Source: Candidatus Melainabacteria bacterium
GTDB taxonomy: Bacteria; Cyanobacteriota; Vampirovibrionia; 2-02-FULL-35-15
Assembly: GCA_023250195.1 (NCBI GenBank)
Contig: JAHFBF010000001.1
Location: 273,907 to 337,906 of the forward strand
Direction of reading: 5' to 3'
Length of the DNA: 64,000 nt
The notes below the pieces were generated by a model that searched no databases, had not been told where the DNA came from, and saw nothing but the letters and a program-made list of their open reading frames with translations. Made by a program: the position numbers and the translations under genes. Below are positions 52,719-63,710 of this stretch, one piece after another (the stretch's first letter is position 1; every line of letters begins with the position of its first letter).

Positions 52719-54292
52719 TGAACAGAAAACTTTTTAAAATCGCAGGCTTCGTAGGAATAATTACCGTAATAAGTAAAATCGTTGGATTACTTAGAGATTT
52801 AGTAATTGCAAAATTTTACGGCACTACAATTACAGCAGATGCATACAATTTTGCATATCTTTTGACCGGTAATGCACTTATATTGCTTGGTGGACTTGGT
52901 GGTCCTTTTCACTCAGCCACTATAGCTACTCTTACAAAAATAAAAGATAGTGCAAAAGAATCTGGAAGTTTTTTAATAAAAATTGTTATCTCAACATTTA
53001 TAGCACTTTCACTAATAACACTTGCAGTAATCTGTTTTAAAAATCAAATAGTACATTTTATTGCTCCAGCCACCGGACATGATATTTCTTATCAGGAGAA
53101 ATTATGGCATTTAACGACCATGCAACTTGAGATAATGTCACCATTGATTATTATTTCAGGATTACTCGGGATTTTGTGTGGCGTAGCAAATGTTTATGGT
53201 GGATATTTTTGGCCTTCATTCAGCCCTGTTTTACCAAGCATTGCGATTATTTGTTGTATCCTGATAAATCCTGAACCAAAAATTGGCATTGCACTTGGAG
53301 TTGGAACAGTAATCGGTGCAATATTACAACTGCTCGTTCAATTACCTGATTTACTTAAAGCAGGGTTATATGAAAATTTAAAACTTGCACTGATAAAAAA
53401 GCAAGAGGCTGTAAGTAGCTTTAATCATTTTTTAGGCCCTGCCATACTTAGCACTTCTATTGGTCAGATTACTGTATACATTGATAGTTTCTTTTGTTCA
53501 GGGCTTCAGGAAGGAAGCTGGACAGCTACAATCCTTGCAAACAGGCTAATCCAGCTCCCACTCGGCGTTTTACTTACTTCATTCCTGGTACCATTTTTCC
53601 CAAGATTTTCTGAACTGGCAAATGCTAAAAACATTGACGGATTAAAAGAAACTTCTATCCTGGTAATCAGATCTCTCTGGTTTTTAACATTACCTATTGC
53701 AGTATATTTATTTTTATTTGCAAAGCCAATTGTAGAAATAGTCTTCCAGAGAGGTGCATTTGATGAAAGATCTACCCTGCTTACAAGCAGTATTTTAATT
53801 GCTCTTTTGCTTTCCATGGTTGCTTATGTAGCCAGAGACACTTTAACAAGAGTGTTTTATTCATTTGGCAATTCACGAATACCTTTACTTATAGCAATAT
53901 TCTCTATAGCATTAAAAATAATTTTAAATATCGTTTTAGTAGGAAAATATCAGGCTCCTGGAATTGCATTTGCGACATCACTGGTTACTTTATTTAATTT
54001 TTTACTTTTAGGCTTCATGCTAAGAAAAGAAATTGGCTGCCTTGGATGGTTGAAACATATTAGATCTCTTTTAAAGATGGTAATGGCTACATTTGTAATG
54101 TATTTATTTGGTTTATTGTTTATAAATATTTTTTCTTTATATTTTCAAAATTGTAATTTTATTTCAAAAGCAATATTACTGTCTACAAGTTTTGCAGTTT
54201 GTTTTTTGCTCTATTACGGACTTTCCTTAACACTGAGAGTAGAAGAAGCAAAAAAAATTCTGGAAGTAGTAAAAAATAAAATTATTAACTGA
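52718..54292 (+). CDS. murJ: Lipid II flippase MurJ
   Basis: SKIVGLLRD, GGLGGPFHSA, ANRLIQLPLG, FQRGAFD, RVFYS. Confidence 0.93.
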   Translation: MNRKLFKIAGFVGIITVISKIVGLLRDLVIAKFYGTTITADAYNFAYLLTGNALILLGGLGGPFHSATIATLTKIKDSAKESGSFLIKIVISTFIALSLITLAVICFKNQIVHFIAPATGHDISYQEKLWHLTTMQLEIMSPLIIISGLLGILCGVANVYGGYFWPSFSPVLPSIAIICCILINPEPKIGIALGVGTVIGAILQLLVQLPDLLKAGLYENLKLALIKKQEAVSSFNHFLGPAILSTSIGQITVYIDSFFCSGLQEGSWTATILANRLIQLPLGVLLTSFLVPFFPRFSELANAKNIDGLKETSILVIRSLWFLTLPIAVYLFLFAKPIVEIVFQRGAFDERSTLLTSSILIALLLSMVAYVARDTLTRVFYSFGNSRIPLLIAIFSIALKIILNIVLVGKYQAPGIAFATSLVTLFNFLLLGFMLRKEIGCLGWLKHIRSLLKMVMATFVMYLFGLLFINIFSLYFQNCNFISKAILLSTSFAVCFLLYYGLSLTLRVEEAKKILEVVKNKIIN

Positions 54293-55556
54293 CCTCTTTT
54301 GCTCCACCAAGATAACCCTGCAAAACCTTAGGGACAAGAACTGTTCCTTTTTCTGTCTGATAATTTTCCAATATCGCAGCAAGAGTTCTTCCAATAGCAA
54401 GCCCTGAACCATTTATAGTGTGTACAAACTGCGGTTTGTCTTTTGGATTTGGTTTATATTTTATGTTTGTTCTTCTTGCCTGAAAAGAGCCAAAATTAGA
54501 ACAACTGCTTATCTCACGATAAGTATTCTGACTTGGAAACCAGACTTCAAGGTCATAGCATTTCATGGCTGAAAATCCAATATCTCCTGTACAAAGAAGT
54601 GTTTTTCTATATGGAAGTTCTAGCTTCTGCAAAATTTCTTCTGCATCCTTTGTAAGCTCTTCATGCTCCTTATCACTTGTTTCAACCGAAGTTATTTTTA
54701 CAAGCTCTATTTTATTAAATTGATGCTGTCTGATTATCCCTCTTGTATCCTTACTTGCAGCACCAGCTTCTCTTCTAAAACAAGGAGTATAAGCACAGTA
54801 CTTAACAGGTAATTGTTCAAGTGGAATTACTTCATCCCTGTGTAAGTTTGTTAAAGGTACTTCTGCAGTTGGTGCAAGATATAAAAATTCATTTTCGCAC
54901 TTATAAAAATCACCATCAAATTTAGGCAGCTGTCCCGTTCCAGTCATTGAATCCTTATTTACTAAAATTGGCGGGAAAATTTCTTTATAGCCTTTAGTAG
55001 CAGCATTATCAAGCATAAAGTTCATTAAAGCTCTTTCAAGCTTTGCACCCATACCACTTAAAACAGTAAATCTTGATTCAGCAATTTTTACACCACGTTC
55101 AAAATCAAAAATACCTAATTTTATACCTGTCTCCCAGTGAGGTTTTACCCAGTTTTCAATTCTTGGGTTACCCCATTTGGAAATTTCTTTATTTTTTGTT
55201 TCATCTTCTCCCTCAGGGACAGAATCACAAACAATATTTGGCAGCCACATAGCTTTTTCAATAAGCTTATGGGTTAAATCCATTTCTCCCTTTTCTATCT
55301 CAGCTAATTTTGAATTAACATCAGTCCCTTCTTTTTTTAATGTTTCAACTTTATCTTTGTTATCTTTTGAACGTCCTATTTCATCTGCAATATCATTTTT
55401 CTTTTTGCGGAGTTCATCTGCTTTAGCCTGTATTTCCCTCTTTTGTTGATCCAGTTTCAAGATTTCTTCAAAAAGCAAAACAAGACTTTTATCTCTTTTT
55501 GAGAGTTTATCTTTATAATAATCAGGTCTTGTTCTTAAATCCTTTAAATCATGCAT
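54285..55556 (-). CDS. serS: Serine--tRNA ligase
   Basis: PTAEVPL, FRREAG, RQHQF.K.E, YREISSCSN, TINGSGLAIGR. Confidence 0.97.
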   Translation of the reverse strand: MHDLKDLRTRPDYYKDKLSKRDKSLVLLFEEILKLDQQKREIQAKADELRKKKNDIADEIGRSKDNKDKVETLKKEGTDVNSKLAEIEKGEMDLTHKLIEKAMWLPNIVCDSVPEGEDETKNKEISKWGNPRIENWVKPHWETGIKLGIFDFERGVKIAESRFTVLSGMGAKLERALMNFMLDNAATKGYKEIFPPILVNKDSMTGTGQLPKFDGDFYKCENEFLYLAPTAEVPLTNLHRDEVIPLEQLPVKYCAYTPCFRREAGAASKDTRGIIRQHQFNKIELVKITSVETSDKEHEELTKDAEEILQKLELPYRKTLLCTGDIGFSAMKCYDLEVWFPSQNTYREISSCSNFGSFQARRTNIKYKPNPKDKPQFVHTINGSGLAIGRTLAAILENYQTEKGTVLVPKVLQGYLGGAKEVS

Positions 55557-55573
55557 GATTCTATTTTATACTA

Positions 55574-55653
55574 TGTCATTCTAAGCTGAAGGCGAAGAAT
55601 CTCAAAATGCTGCAATCGGTCAACAGAGATTCTTCACTTCGTTCAGAATGACA
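55574..55653. repeat. GTCATTCT-type composite palindrome
   Basis: tgtcattct...gaagaatctc..gagattcttc...agaatgaca in the serS divergent spacer. Confidence 0.85.
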
Positions 55654-55676
55654 CTATCTACGATATAATAACGATT

Positions 55677-56048
55677 ATGAAAAGATTTTTTAATTTATTC
55701 ACTATTTTAATCCTAATAAGTACTTCATGCTGCTTTGTTGATCCTGTTACACGTGCCCAGAACCTCTCTCAAAAGGGAAAATTTGGAGATGCAATTAAAA
55801 TACTTGAAAATGAGTATAAGAACAAACCGAATTCAATCCCAATAAAATCTCTACTAGCTCAGGCATATTCAGATTATGGTATAGCTTTATGCCAGGATAC
55901 CACTAAACCACCAAAAGCAAAATATCCAATGGCAAAAGAACAATTCTCCATGGCATTAACTCTAAATCCATATTTAAAAGATGCAAAAGACATGTATGAA
56001 ATGATTGAAAAAATACAGGAATCCTTTCGTACAAATAATGTGAATTAG
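55677..56048 (+). CDS. TPR-like putative lipoprotein
   Basis: Signal peptide ending STSC; AKEQFSMALTLNP TPR motif. Confidence 0.65.
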   Translation: MKRFFNLFTILILISTSCCFVDPVTRAQNLSQKGKFGDAIKILENEYKNKPNSIPIKSLLAQAYSDYGIALCQDTTKPPKAKYPMAKEQFSMALTLNPYLKDAKDMYEMIEKIQESFRTNNVN

Positions 56049-56050
56049 TA

Positions 56051-56890
56051 ATGGGTTTTATATTCTTGATTATCAAAAACAAAATCATTTTATTACCTGT
56101 TATATTTGTTTTTTCAATCTTAGTTCTGGTCATATTATCGTACATGGGATTTGGTTTTGGTAAATATTCTTTTGATTTTCAGGATCAGGAGATAATTCTC
56201 CAATCACCTTCATTTGAACACCCCCTTGGCACAGATCAACTTGGAAGAGATATGCTGGCAAGATTAATTTTTGGAGCAAGATTATCTTTTTTAGTTGCTG
56301 TTGTAACTGCCTTAATTGCTCTCTTTATAGGCGTTTCCCTGGGTAGTATTGCCGGGATGCTTGAAGGCAAGATTGATTTTATTATTTCAAGAGCAATCGA
56401 CATAATTTATTCTTTGCCTGATCTTTTAGTCTTAAGTATTATAGGACTACTGTTTAACAGATCTACCAGTGGCATACTCTTTGCTATAGGCTTAATCAGC
56501 TGGATGGATTTAGCCAGATTAACCAGAGCAGAAATTCTAAAACTAAAACAGCATGAATTTATTCTTTCGGCAGTAGCAATTGGATTGAGTAAAAGAAGAA
56601 TTTTTTTAAAGCATCTACTACCAAATATTTTAAATGTGATTTTAGTTTCAATTACATTTATCATGCCAAGAGCAATTATTGCCGAATCAACTTTAAGTTT
56701 TCTTGGACTTGGACTTTCCCCGCCAAACTGCAGTTGGGGAACATTAGCCAGTGATGGCTGGCAATTTTTAAATACACATACAAATCTTATTCTTTATCCA
56801 AGCATTATGATTATGCTTACTGTTCTAAGCTTAAACATAATTGGTGATTTTTTAACCGAATTGAATCAACCTAAGAAGATTTATATATAA
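56051..56890 (+). CDS. Oligopeptide/dipeptide ABC permease (OppC/DppC-like)
   Basis: HPLGTDQLGRD, GARLS, EAA-like loop, ESTLSFLGLG. Confidence 0.9.
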   Translation: MGFIFLIIKNKIILLPVIFVFSILVLVILSYMGFGFGKYSFDFQDQEIILQSPSFEHPLGTDQLGRDMLARLIFGARLSFLVAVVTALIALFIGVSLGSIAGMLEGKIDFIISRAIDIIYSLPDLLVLSIIGLLFNRSTSGILFAIGLISWMDLARLTRAEILKLKQHEFILSAVAIGLSKRRIFLKHLLPNILNVILVSITFIMPRAIIAESTLSFLGLGLSPPNCSWGTLASDGWQFLNTHTNLILYPSIMIMLTVLSLNIIGDFLTELNQPKKIYI

Positions 56891-56921
56891 TGTAGGGGCG
56901 TTGCATGCAACGCCCCTACAT
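56890..56921. repeat. Perfect 32-bp GTAG-type palindrome
   Basis: atgtaggggcgttgca|tgcaacgcccctacat fills the entire oppC-nadE spacer. Confidence 0.92.
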
Positions 56922-58610
56922 ATGAAAATTGCACTTGCACAAATTAACCCAACAGTTGGAGATTTCGAAAACAACCTGAATAAAATTTTAGAAGCTATTG
57001 ATCACGCAGGTAAAAAAAATGCTGAGCTGGTTATTTTTTCAGAACTTGCTTTATGCGGTTATCCACCAAAAGATTTGTTATTAAAAAACCAATTTATAGA
57101 AGACAGCAAAAAGTATTTAAATAAACTGGCTGACAGCATAAAAGCTGGAATTACTGTTATAGTTGGATTTCCAGAAGAGAATAAAGGCAGTGGCAAACCA
57201 TTATTTGATTCCCTTGCAGTAGTTCAAACAGGCAAAGTCCTATGTACAAGACAAAAAATTCTACTGCCGACTTATGATGTTTTTGATGAGGATAGATACT
57301 TTGAACACGGGGAAATAATTAGTCCTATTGAACTTTTCAATCAGAAAATAGGATTAACTATATGTGAAGATATCTGGCATGATGATTTAAGCTGGACCAA
57401 GCCAAGATACCATCTTGACCCGGTTGCAGAGCTTTCAAAACAAAATATCAATTTAATAATCAATTCTTCTGCTTCACCCTATTTTATGGGAAAACCCACA
57501 TTGAGAGAAGACATCTTAAGAAATTGCGCAAAGAAATATAAATTGCCGATTATTTATGTTAATCAGGTTGGCGGAAATGATGAACTGATCTTTGACGGCA
57601 ATTCATGTGTAATAGATGGAGCTGGAAATGTATGCATGAAATTAAAATCTTTTGAAGAAGATTTACAGATCGTTGAACTTAACGATAACAATCAAATCAT
57701 TGTTAATAGAGACACACCACCGGCACATCTCTACCATGACAACAATGATATCGAGGAATTGCTGCAGGCTATAACCTGCGGGCTTCGTGATTATGTAAAA
57801 AAATGTGATTTTAAAAAAGTTATTGTTGGTTTATCAGGCGGTATTGATTCAGCCCTTGTAGCAGCCATTGCTGCTTATGCCATAGGGAAAGAAAACGTTC
57901 TATGTGTATTTATGCCTTCAAGATACACTTCAGAAGCAAGTTCCAGCGATGCACAAAATTTAGCCTCAAATCTTGGTATTGAATTAAATACTATTTCAAT
58001 AGAAGAACCATTTAAAGTATTTTTACAACTTTTTGAGTCAGCTTTTACGAATAGCAGCACGCCCTGGTATGCCTCTACAACCAAGGAAAATATTCAACCG
58101 CGAATACGTGGTCTAATTCTAATGGCGCTTTCAAATCAAAACAAAGCTCTGGTCCTATCTACAGGAAATAAAAGTGAAATTGGAACTGGATATTGCACAT
58201 TATACGGTGATATGTGCGGGGGTCTGGCAATAATTTCAGATCTTCCAAAAACATTAGTTTATAAACTTGCAGAGTATATAAATAAAAAAGAGGGTAAAGA
58301 ATTAATTCCAAAAAATATTCTTACAAAAGCTCCAACTGCCGAATTAAAATTAAATCAAACCGATCAAGATGTATTGCCTTCCTACGACGTTTTGGATAAA
58401 GTTTTAAACTTTTATGTAGAACAACATGCTCCCTTAAAAGAAATAATAAAGAATGGTATACCTAAAGATACAGTTGAAAAAATTTGTAATATGATTAACT
58501 TAAGTGAGTATAAAAGATATCAGTCAGCGCCTGGATTAAAACTAACAAGCAGATCTTTTGGTTATGGTTGGAGAATGCCAATTGCACAACGATATAAAGA
58601 AACAATCTAA
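56922..58610 (+). CDS. nadE: Glutamine-dependent NAD+ synthetase
   Basis: MKIALAQINPTVGD, ELALCGYPP, ICEDIW, GLSGGIDS, TGNKSE, TLYGD. Confidence 0.95.
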   Translation: MKIALAQINPTVGDFENNLNKILEAIDHAGKKNAELVIFSELALCGYPPKDLLLKNQFIEDSKKYLNKLADSIKAGITVIVGFPEENKGSGKPLFDSLAVVQTGKVLCTRQKILLPTYDVFDEDRYFEHGEIISPIELFNQKIGLTICEDIWHDDLSWTKPRYHLDPVAELSKQNINLIINSSASPYFMGKPTLREDILRNCAKKYKLPIIYVNQVGGNDELIFDGNSCVIDGAGNVCMKLKSFEEDLQIVELNDNNQIIVNRDTPPAHLYHDNNDIEELLQAITCGLRDYVKKCDFKKVIVGLSGGIDSALVAAIAAYAIGKENVLCVFMPSRYTSEASSSDAQNLASNLGIELNTISIEEPFKVFLQLFESAFTNSSTPWYASTTKENIQPRIRGLILMALSNQNKALVLSTGNKSEIGTGYCTLYGDMCGGLAIISDLPKTLVYKLAEYINKKEGKELIPKNILTKAPTAELKLNQTDQDVLPSYDVLDKVLNFYVEQHAPLKEIIKNGIPKDTVEKICNMINLSEYKRYQSAPGLKLTSRSFGYGWRMPIAQRYKETI

Positions 58611-58637
58611 CGTAGGTGCAGGCGACCTGCACCTACG
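58611..58637. repeat. GTAG-type palindrome at the nadE/mqnA junction
   Basis: cgtaggtgcagg-cga-cctgcacctacg; same arms as the recF copy. Confidence 0.9.
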
Positions 58638-58638
58638 A

Positions 58639-59445
58639 ATGGGACAGGTAGATTTTATTAACTGTCTGCCTATCAATCTTCCAATTGAACTTGGTGAAGT
58701 AACGGTTAATGCAACCATCATAAATGCTGTACCAAGTGAATTAAATAAAAAGATTTTAAGTGGGGAAATAGATATTGCACCGATATCATCCTACACGTAT
58801 CTTCAAAACAAAGATAAACTGGTCCAAATCTCCGATCTCTGCATAGCATCAAATGGTCCGGCAGACAGTGTTCTATTGTTTTCACAGTTTCCAATAGAAG
58901 AACTTGATGGAGCAAAAATTGCATTATCACCTGCATCTGCTACATCAAACAAATTGTTAAAAATTATATTAAGAGAATTTATAAAAGTTAACGCTGTCTA
59001 TAAAGTAGAGGCGTTACATACAGCACCTCTACAATCAAAAAATTATCCAGCTGCACTTTTTATAGGAGATCATGCACTCTTGGAATTCTCAAATATGCCA
59101 AGAAATCTGTTTATTTATGACCTTGGTTCTCTATGGAAAAAATATACAGGATTACCAATGATTTTCGGAATCTGGGTTGCAAGAAAAGAAATCATAAACC
59201 AATATCCAAACGAAGTTAAAATAATATCAAATCAGCTAGAAAAATCAAAGGAACTTGGCTTAACAACAATGTTTGATAAGGTTATTAAAAAAGCACAGGA
59301 AAAAGTTTTAATTTCAACAGAGTTTTACAGTACTTATTTTCAGCATTTGAGTTACGAATTTAATACTGAATGTAAAAAAGGATTAGAGTTGTTTGAAAAT
59401 TTATCAATTAAAAAACACAATGCAGTCACAAAATCACTCGTATAA
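58639..59445 (+). CDS. mqnA: Chorismate dehydratase (futalosine pathway); start may lie upstream (58564)
   Basis: FINCLP, PSELN, DIAPISS, SVLLFS, SATS, IGDHAL, YDLG..WK..TGLP.IFG.W. Confidence 0.9.
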   Translation: MGQVDFINCLPINLPIELGEVTVNATIINAVPSELNKKILSGEIDIAPISSYTYLQNKDKLVQISDLCIASNGPADSVLLFSQFPIEELDGAKIALSPASATSNKLLKIILREFIKVNAVYKVEALHTAPLQSKNYPAALFIGDHALLEFSNMPRNLFIYDLGSLWKKYTGLPMIFGIWVARKEIINQYPNEVKIISNQLEKSKELGLTTMFDKVIKKAQEKVLISTEFYSTYFQHLSYEFNTECKKGLELFENLSIKKHNAVTKSLV

Positions 59446-59502
59446 TTTTAATTAGGACTCCAAATATTTTTTTCTTTGTATTATTGAATATATACTAAGT
59501 AA

Positions 59503-60009
59503 TTACGATTTGGCTTGTATAGGAAATGCGCTAAGAAAAAGTTCATAAGTTCCAGAATTTACTAGTGGTTGTACGATCAAAGCACCCCATTTCCCAGAAG
59601 GCATTGCTGCAACTGCTGCATTTGTAGAAATTACTTGGCGAGTGCCAATGACTCTAAGTCCAATATAAGCTCCCTTAATAGCCCCTTCAAATTCTTGATT
59701 GATTGGTTTTTGGTTTGCACCAGTTGTGGTATCTGTTTCATTAATTTCTAATCTAAAAACAGCGCTACCTGTTTGATCTTTTGAGATTTCACCAAGAAGT
59801 TCTCTAGTACCGACTTGTTTTTGAGGAAAAACTATTATTTTTCCACCATTTGGTACAGCAGCACTATCGTATTTGAAACGTATAACTTTATTAGTTGCCA
59901 TAAAAGTGTTTAAATTTCTTACGAGGGTTTGATCAACAACTGGCAATGGCTTAGCCGTAGGTTGAGAAGGCTGACTAGATTGCGTTGTAATTATTGGAAT
60001 AGTAACCAT
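59503..60009 (-). CDS. Hypothetical protein
   Basis: GGAG SD; S/Q/P-rich N-terminus. Confidence 0.55.
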   Translation of the reverse strand: MVTIPIITTQSSQPSQPTAKPLPVVDQTLVRNLNTFMATNKVIRFKYDSAAVPNGGKIIVFPQKQVGTRELLGEISKDQTGSAVFRLEINETDTTTGANQKPINQEFEGAIKGAYIGLRVIGTRQVISTNAAVAAMPSGKWGALIVQPLVNSGTYELFLSAFPIQAKS

Positions 60010-60116
60010 AAACTCTCCATTGAATTTAATCTTGTTATTTACATGTAATTAATCAAATTCTAAAGGTTAAATCAAATTTAGGCAAGAAATATATTAAGTA
60101 TGTTAATTAGTTAGAT

Positions 60117-60617
60117 TCAAATAATATCTTTAATCAACTTTTTCAGCAATTCTCTATCAAGCCTATATGTAAACCATTCTTTCATATGCTTTGCACCTAT
60201 TTTTTCATAGAAATTAATTGCAAGTTGATTCCAGTCAAGCACCTGCCACTCCATTCTTCCACATCCTTCATCATAAGCTAATTTTACAAGGTGCCTAAAA
60301 AGAGATTTTCCAATACCACATGCTCGATACTCAGGTAAAACAAAAACATCTTCCAGGTATAACGTCGGCAAAGCCAGAAATGAAGAGTATGTATAAAGGG
60401 TAATTGCATAAGCTGCTGCTTTTCCATCTTTTTCTGCAAGCCATGGTGTAATTTTAGGATTTTTTCCAAATGCATCCTTTAGAAATCTTTTTTTTGCATC
60501 AGAATCCGGTCTTTCTAATTTTTCATAGTCAGCAAGAGCATCAATCAAAGAAAACAAATCCTCGCTATCATTTATTGAAGCTTTTTTAATATTTACTTTT
60601 TGAATTATTTTAGTCAT
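60117..60617 (-). CDS. GNAT acetyltransferase (SSAT-like)
   Basis: LADYEK, YSSF...LYLEDVFV.PEYR..GIG, RMEWQVLDWN..AI.FY. Confidence 0.88.
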   Translation of the reverse strand: MTKIIQKVNIKKASINDSEDLFSLIDALADYEKLERPDSDAKKRFLKDAFGKNPKITPWLAEKDGKAAAYAITLYTYSSFLALPTLYLEDVFVLPEYRACGIGKSLFRHLVKLAYDEGCGRMEWQVLDWNQLAINFYEKIGAKHMKEWFTYRLDRELLKKLIKDII

Positions 60618-60620
60618 GGT

Positions 60621-61286
60621 TTATAAAAGTACTTTTTCATAAAAGGCGCCATAAGATTTTTCAGGATGTCTGATTTGAATTTCTAAAATCCAATATCCCG
60701 CTTCAGGAGGATAAGGATAAGTATTTAAGCCATCTTTCCATCCTTTATGAGGAAATGATCCGATCAAATGCCCCGCTGGATCTAAATTAAAAATAAAACC
60801 CGCTTCTTTAGTTAGCTTGTAAATATATTTGTATAATTCAATTCCAGTCGAATTATTTTCTCTCCAATAATTACAGGCCATTTTAAAGATGAGTTCACTT
60901 TGAAATTTTAATTCGTCAAATAAACTGTTTTTACCAAAAACCAGTGTCTGACCGGCATCACCTTCAACATCCTCTATTATTGGTCCAATATCTATATAAG
61001 CAATATCTTCTTCCTGTAATATCTTTTCTTCCGCAGATTTATCCTTAAAAGTAAGAATAGTGTTTGTACCAAAGTAAATATAAGGATTATGCCAGTTTCT
61101 CTTTATTCCAAACTTTTCATACAACTCAATGGTTTTTTTCCTGGACTCACTTTCAGATATTCCCGGTTTAATTATTCGTGAGATTCCCTGAAGTAACTCA
61201 CCTGCAATGCTTGCTGCATGTTTCGTTTTTTCAATTATTTGTTTTTGCGTATATTCAGCTACTAGAGGGGATTGCATAGATAACAT
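60621..61286 (-). CDS. M24 family metallopeptidase (short form)
   Basis: YIDIGP...EGDAG, AGHLIG.FPH, WILEIQ, FYE. Confidence 0.8.
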   Translation of the reverse strand: MLSMQSPLVAEYTQKQIIEKTKHAASIAGELLQGISRIIKPGISESESRKKTIELYEKFGIKRNWHNPYIYFGTNTILTFKDKSAEEKILQEEDIAYIDIGPIIEDVEGDAGQTLVFGKNSLFDELKFQSELIFKMACNYWRENNSTGIELYKYIYKLTKEAGFIFNLDPAGHLIGSFPHKGWKDGLNTYPYPPEAGYWILEIQIRHPEKSYGAFYEKVLL

Positions 61287-61295
61287 TGTACTATT

Positions 61296-63701
61296 TTACC
61301 CACTACACACCAAACAATCTTCTTTATTTTCAAGCGAACAGGCAACTGCTGCCATTTCTTTTTCTTTATCTATTTCTGCATGCTTACCGTTTCCATTACT
61401 GCCATTCTTTGAAACAAGCGGTGTAAGCGGTACTTCAGCCTGTGTTTGGACTGTGAATTTAATAGCATCTACTGCTGCTTTAGTACGCAAATAATACATG
61501 CCGGTCTTTAAGCCTTTTTTCCAGCCATAAAAATGCATTGATGTAAGCTTTGAAAAATCCACATCCTGTAGAAAAAGATTTAATGACTGTGACTGACAGA
61601 TAAATGCTCCTCGATCTGCTGCCATATCAATTAGTGTTCTTTGCTTAATCTCCCAGACAGTTTTATATAAATCCTTTATGTCCTGTGGGATTTCTTCAAT
61701 GTTTTGTATTGAACCATTTTTAGTAATAATCTTATTTTTTAATTCATTATTCCAAAGCCCAAGCTCTACCAAATCTTTCAATAAATACTTATTAACTACA
61801 ATAAACTCCCCTGATAGAACCCTTCTGGTATAAATGTTTGAAGTGTATGGTTCAAAACATTCATTGTTGCCTAATATTTGAGATGTCGATGCAGTAGGCA
61901 TTGGAGCAAGTAATAGTGAGTTCCTGATTCCATTCTTTTTTACTTCTTCTTTTAAAGCATTCCAATCCCATTTATCAGATGGTTTTACATCCCACATATC
62001 AAACTGAAAGATCCCTTTTGAAACGGGAGAGTCTTTAAATGTTTCATATGAACCCTCTTTTTTAGCAAGGTCCATTGAGGCTGTCATAGCACCAAAATAA
62101 ATTGTTTCAAAGATTTCTTTGTTTAATTCCTTCGCTCCTTCCGAGTCAAATGGCATTTTAAGCAAAATGAATGTGTCTGCAAGCCCCTGAACCCCAATTC
62201 CAATCGGACGATGGCGAAAGTTGGATCTTCTTGCTTCTTCTACCGGGTAATAATTTACATCAATAATCTTATTCAGGTTTTTTGTAACAACTTTTGTTAT
62301 TTCAAATAATCTTTGATGATCAAATTTTCCATCAATTATAAATCTCGGCAGTGCAATTGAAGCCAGATTACACACTGCAACTTCATCCGGAGACGTATAC
62401 TCCACTATTTCAGTACAAAGATTTGAACTCTTAATGGTTCCAAGGTTTTGCTGGTTTGATTTTCTATTACATGCATCCTTGTAAAGAATGTACGGAGTAC
62501 CAGTTTCAATCTGAGATTCTAAAATTGCAAACCATAACTCCTGTGCCTTTACAGTTTTTATAGCTTTACCTTCTTTTTCATATTTTTCATACAAAGCTTC
62601 AAACTCATCTCCCCAACTAGTTGTTAGTCCTGGAGCTTCATTTGGACAGAATAATGACCAGCTGCCATTTTCTTCAACCCGCTTCATAAAAAGGTCACAA
62701 ACCCATAGTGCATAAAATAAATCACGTGCTTTAAGTTCTTCTTTTCCATGGTTTTTCTTAAGTTCTAAAAACTCAAAAACATCTGCATGCCAGGGTTCTA
62801 AATAAATCGCAAAAGAACCTTTTCTTTTTCCACCACCCTGATCTACATAACGTGCAGTATCATTAAAAACTCGAAGCATTGGAATAATGCCATTTGAAGT
62901 ACCATTTGTACCTCTTATATATGATCCCGTTGCTCTAATCTCATTAATGCTAAGTCCAATACCACCTGCTGACTGCGAGATTTTTGCACATTGTTTTAAT
63001 GTGTCATAAATGCCTTCTATACTATCCTCTTTCATAGTAAGAAGAAAACAGGAAGAAAGCTGTGCCTTTGGTGTACCAGCATTAAACAGTGTAGGTGTAG
63101 CATGTGTAAACCAGCGCTCTGACATTAAATTATAAGTTTCAATTGCAGAATCAACATCTTCCTTATGGATTCCAACTGCTACCCGCATTAACATGTGCTG
63201 CGGACGTTCAACTACTTCTCCATCAATTTTCAAAAGATAGGATCTTTCAAGTGTTTTAAAACCAAAATAATCATATCCAAAATCCCGATCATAAATAATA
63301 GTAGAATCTAAAAGATCTGCGTTTTTTTGAATAACCTGATAAACATCATTGGCTATAAGTGATGCTTTTTTCCCTGTCCTTGAATCAACATAGTTATATA
63401 AATCAGCCATTGTAGCTGAGAAAGATTTTTTGGTGTTTTTATGCAAATTTGAAACTGCAATTCTTGAAGCAAGACGAGCATAGTCAGGATGTTTTGTAGT
63501 AAGTGAAGCTGCTATTTCTGCCGCAAGATTATCAAGCTCCGGAGTGGTTACCCCATCATAAATCCCTTCAATTACTTTTTTTGCAACATCTGCAGGATCT
63601 ACATGTTTTGGATCAAGCGAGTAACAAAGTTTTTCAATTCTGGCAGTGACCTTATCAAATTTTACAGACTCACGCCTGCCATCTCTTTTTACGACATCCA
63701 T
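61296..63701 (-). CDS. nrdA: Class Ia ribonucleotide reductase alpha subunit
   Basis: ATP cone [51 protein letters not shown]-terminal CLVC. Confidence 0.97.
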   Translation of the reverse strand: MDVVKRDGRRESVKFDKVTARIEKLCYSLDPKHVDPADVAKKVIEGIYDGVTTPELDNLAAEIAASLTTKHPDYARLASRIAVSNLHKNTKKSFSATMADLYNYVDSRTGKKASLIANDVYQVIQKNADLLDSTIIYDRDFGYDYFGFKTLERSYLLKIDGEVVERPQHMLMRVAVGIHKEDVDSAIETYNLMSERWFTHATPTLFNAGTPKAQLSSCFLLTMKEDSIEGIYDTLKQCAKISQSAGGIGLSINEIRATGSYIRGTNGTSNGIIPMLRVFNDTARYVDQGGGKRKGSFAIYLEPWHADVFEFLELKKNHGKEELKARDLFYALWVCDLFMKRVEENGSWSLFCPNEAPGLTTSWGDEFEALYEKYEKEGKAIKTVKAQELWFAILESQIETGTPYILYKDACNRKSNQQNLGTIKSSNLCTEIVEYTSPDEVAVCNLASIALPRFIIDGKFDHQRLFEITKVVTKNLNKIIDVNYYPVEEARRSNFRHRPIGIGVQGLADTFILLKMPFDSEGAKELNKEIFETIYFGAMTASMDLAKKEGSYETFKDSPVSKGIFQFDMWDVKPSDKWDWNALKEEVKKNGIRNSLLLAPMPTASTSQILGNNECFEPYTSNIYTRRVLSGEFIVVNKYLLKDLVELGLWNNELKNKIITKNGSIQNIEEIPQDIKDLYKTVWEIKQRTLIDMAADRGAFICQSQSLNLFLQDVDFSKLTSMHFYGWKKGLKTGMYYLRTKAAVDAIKFTVQTQAEVPLTPLVSKNGSNGNGKHAEIDKEKEMAAVACSLENKEDCLVCSG

Positions 63702-63710
63702 AATTATTCT

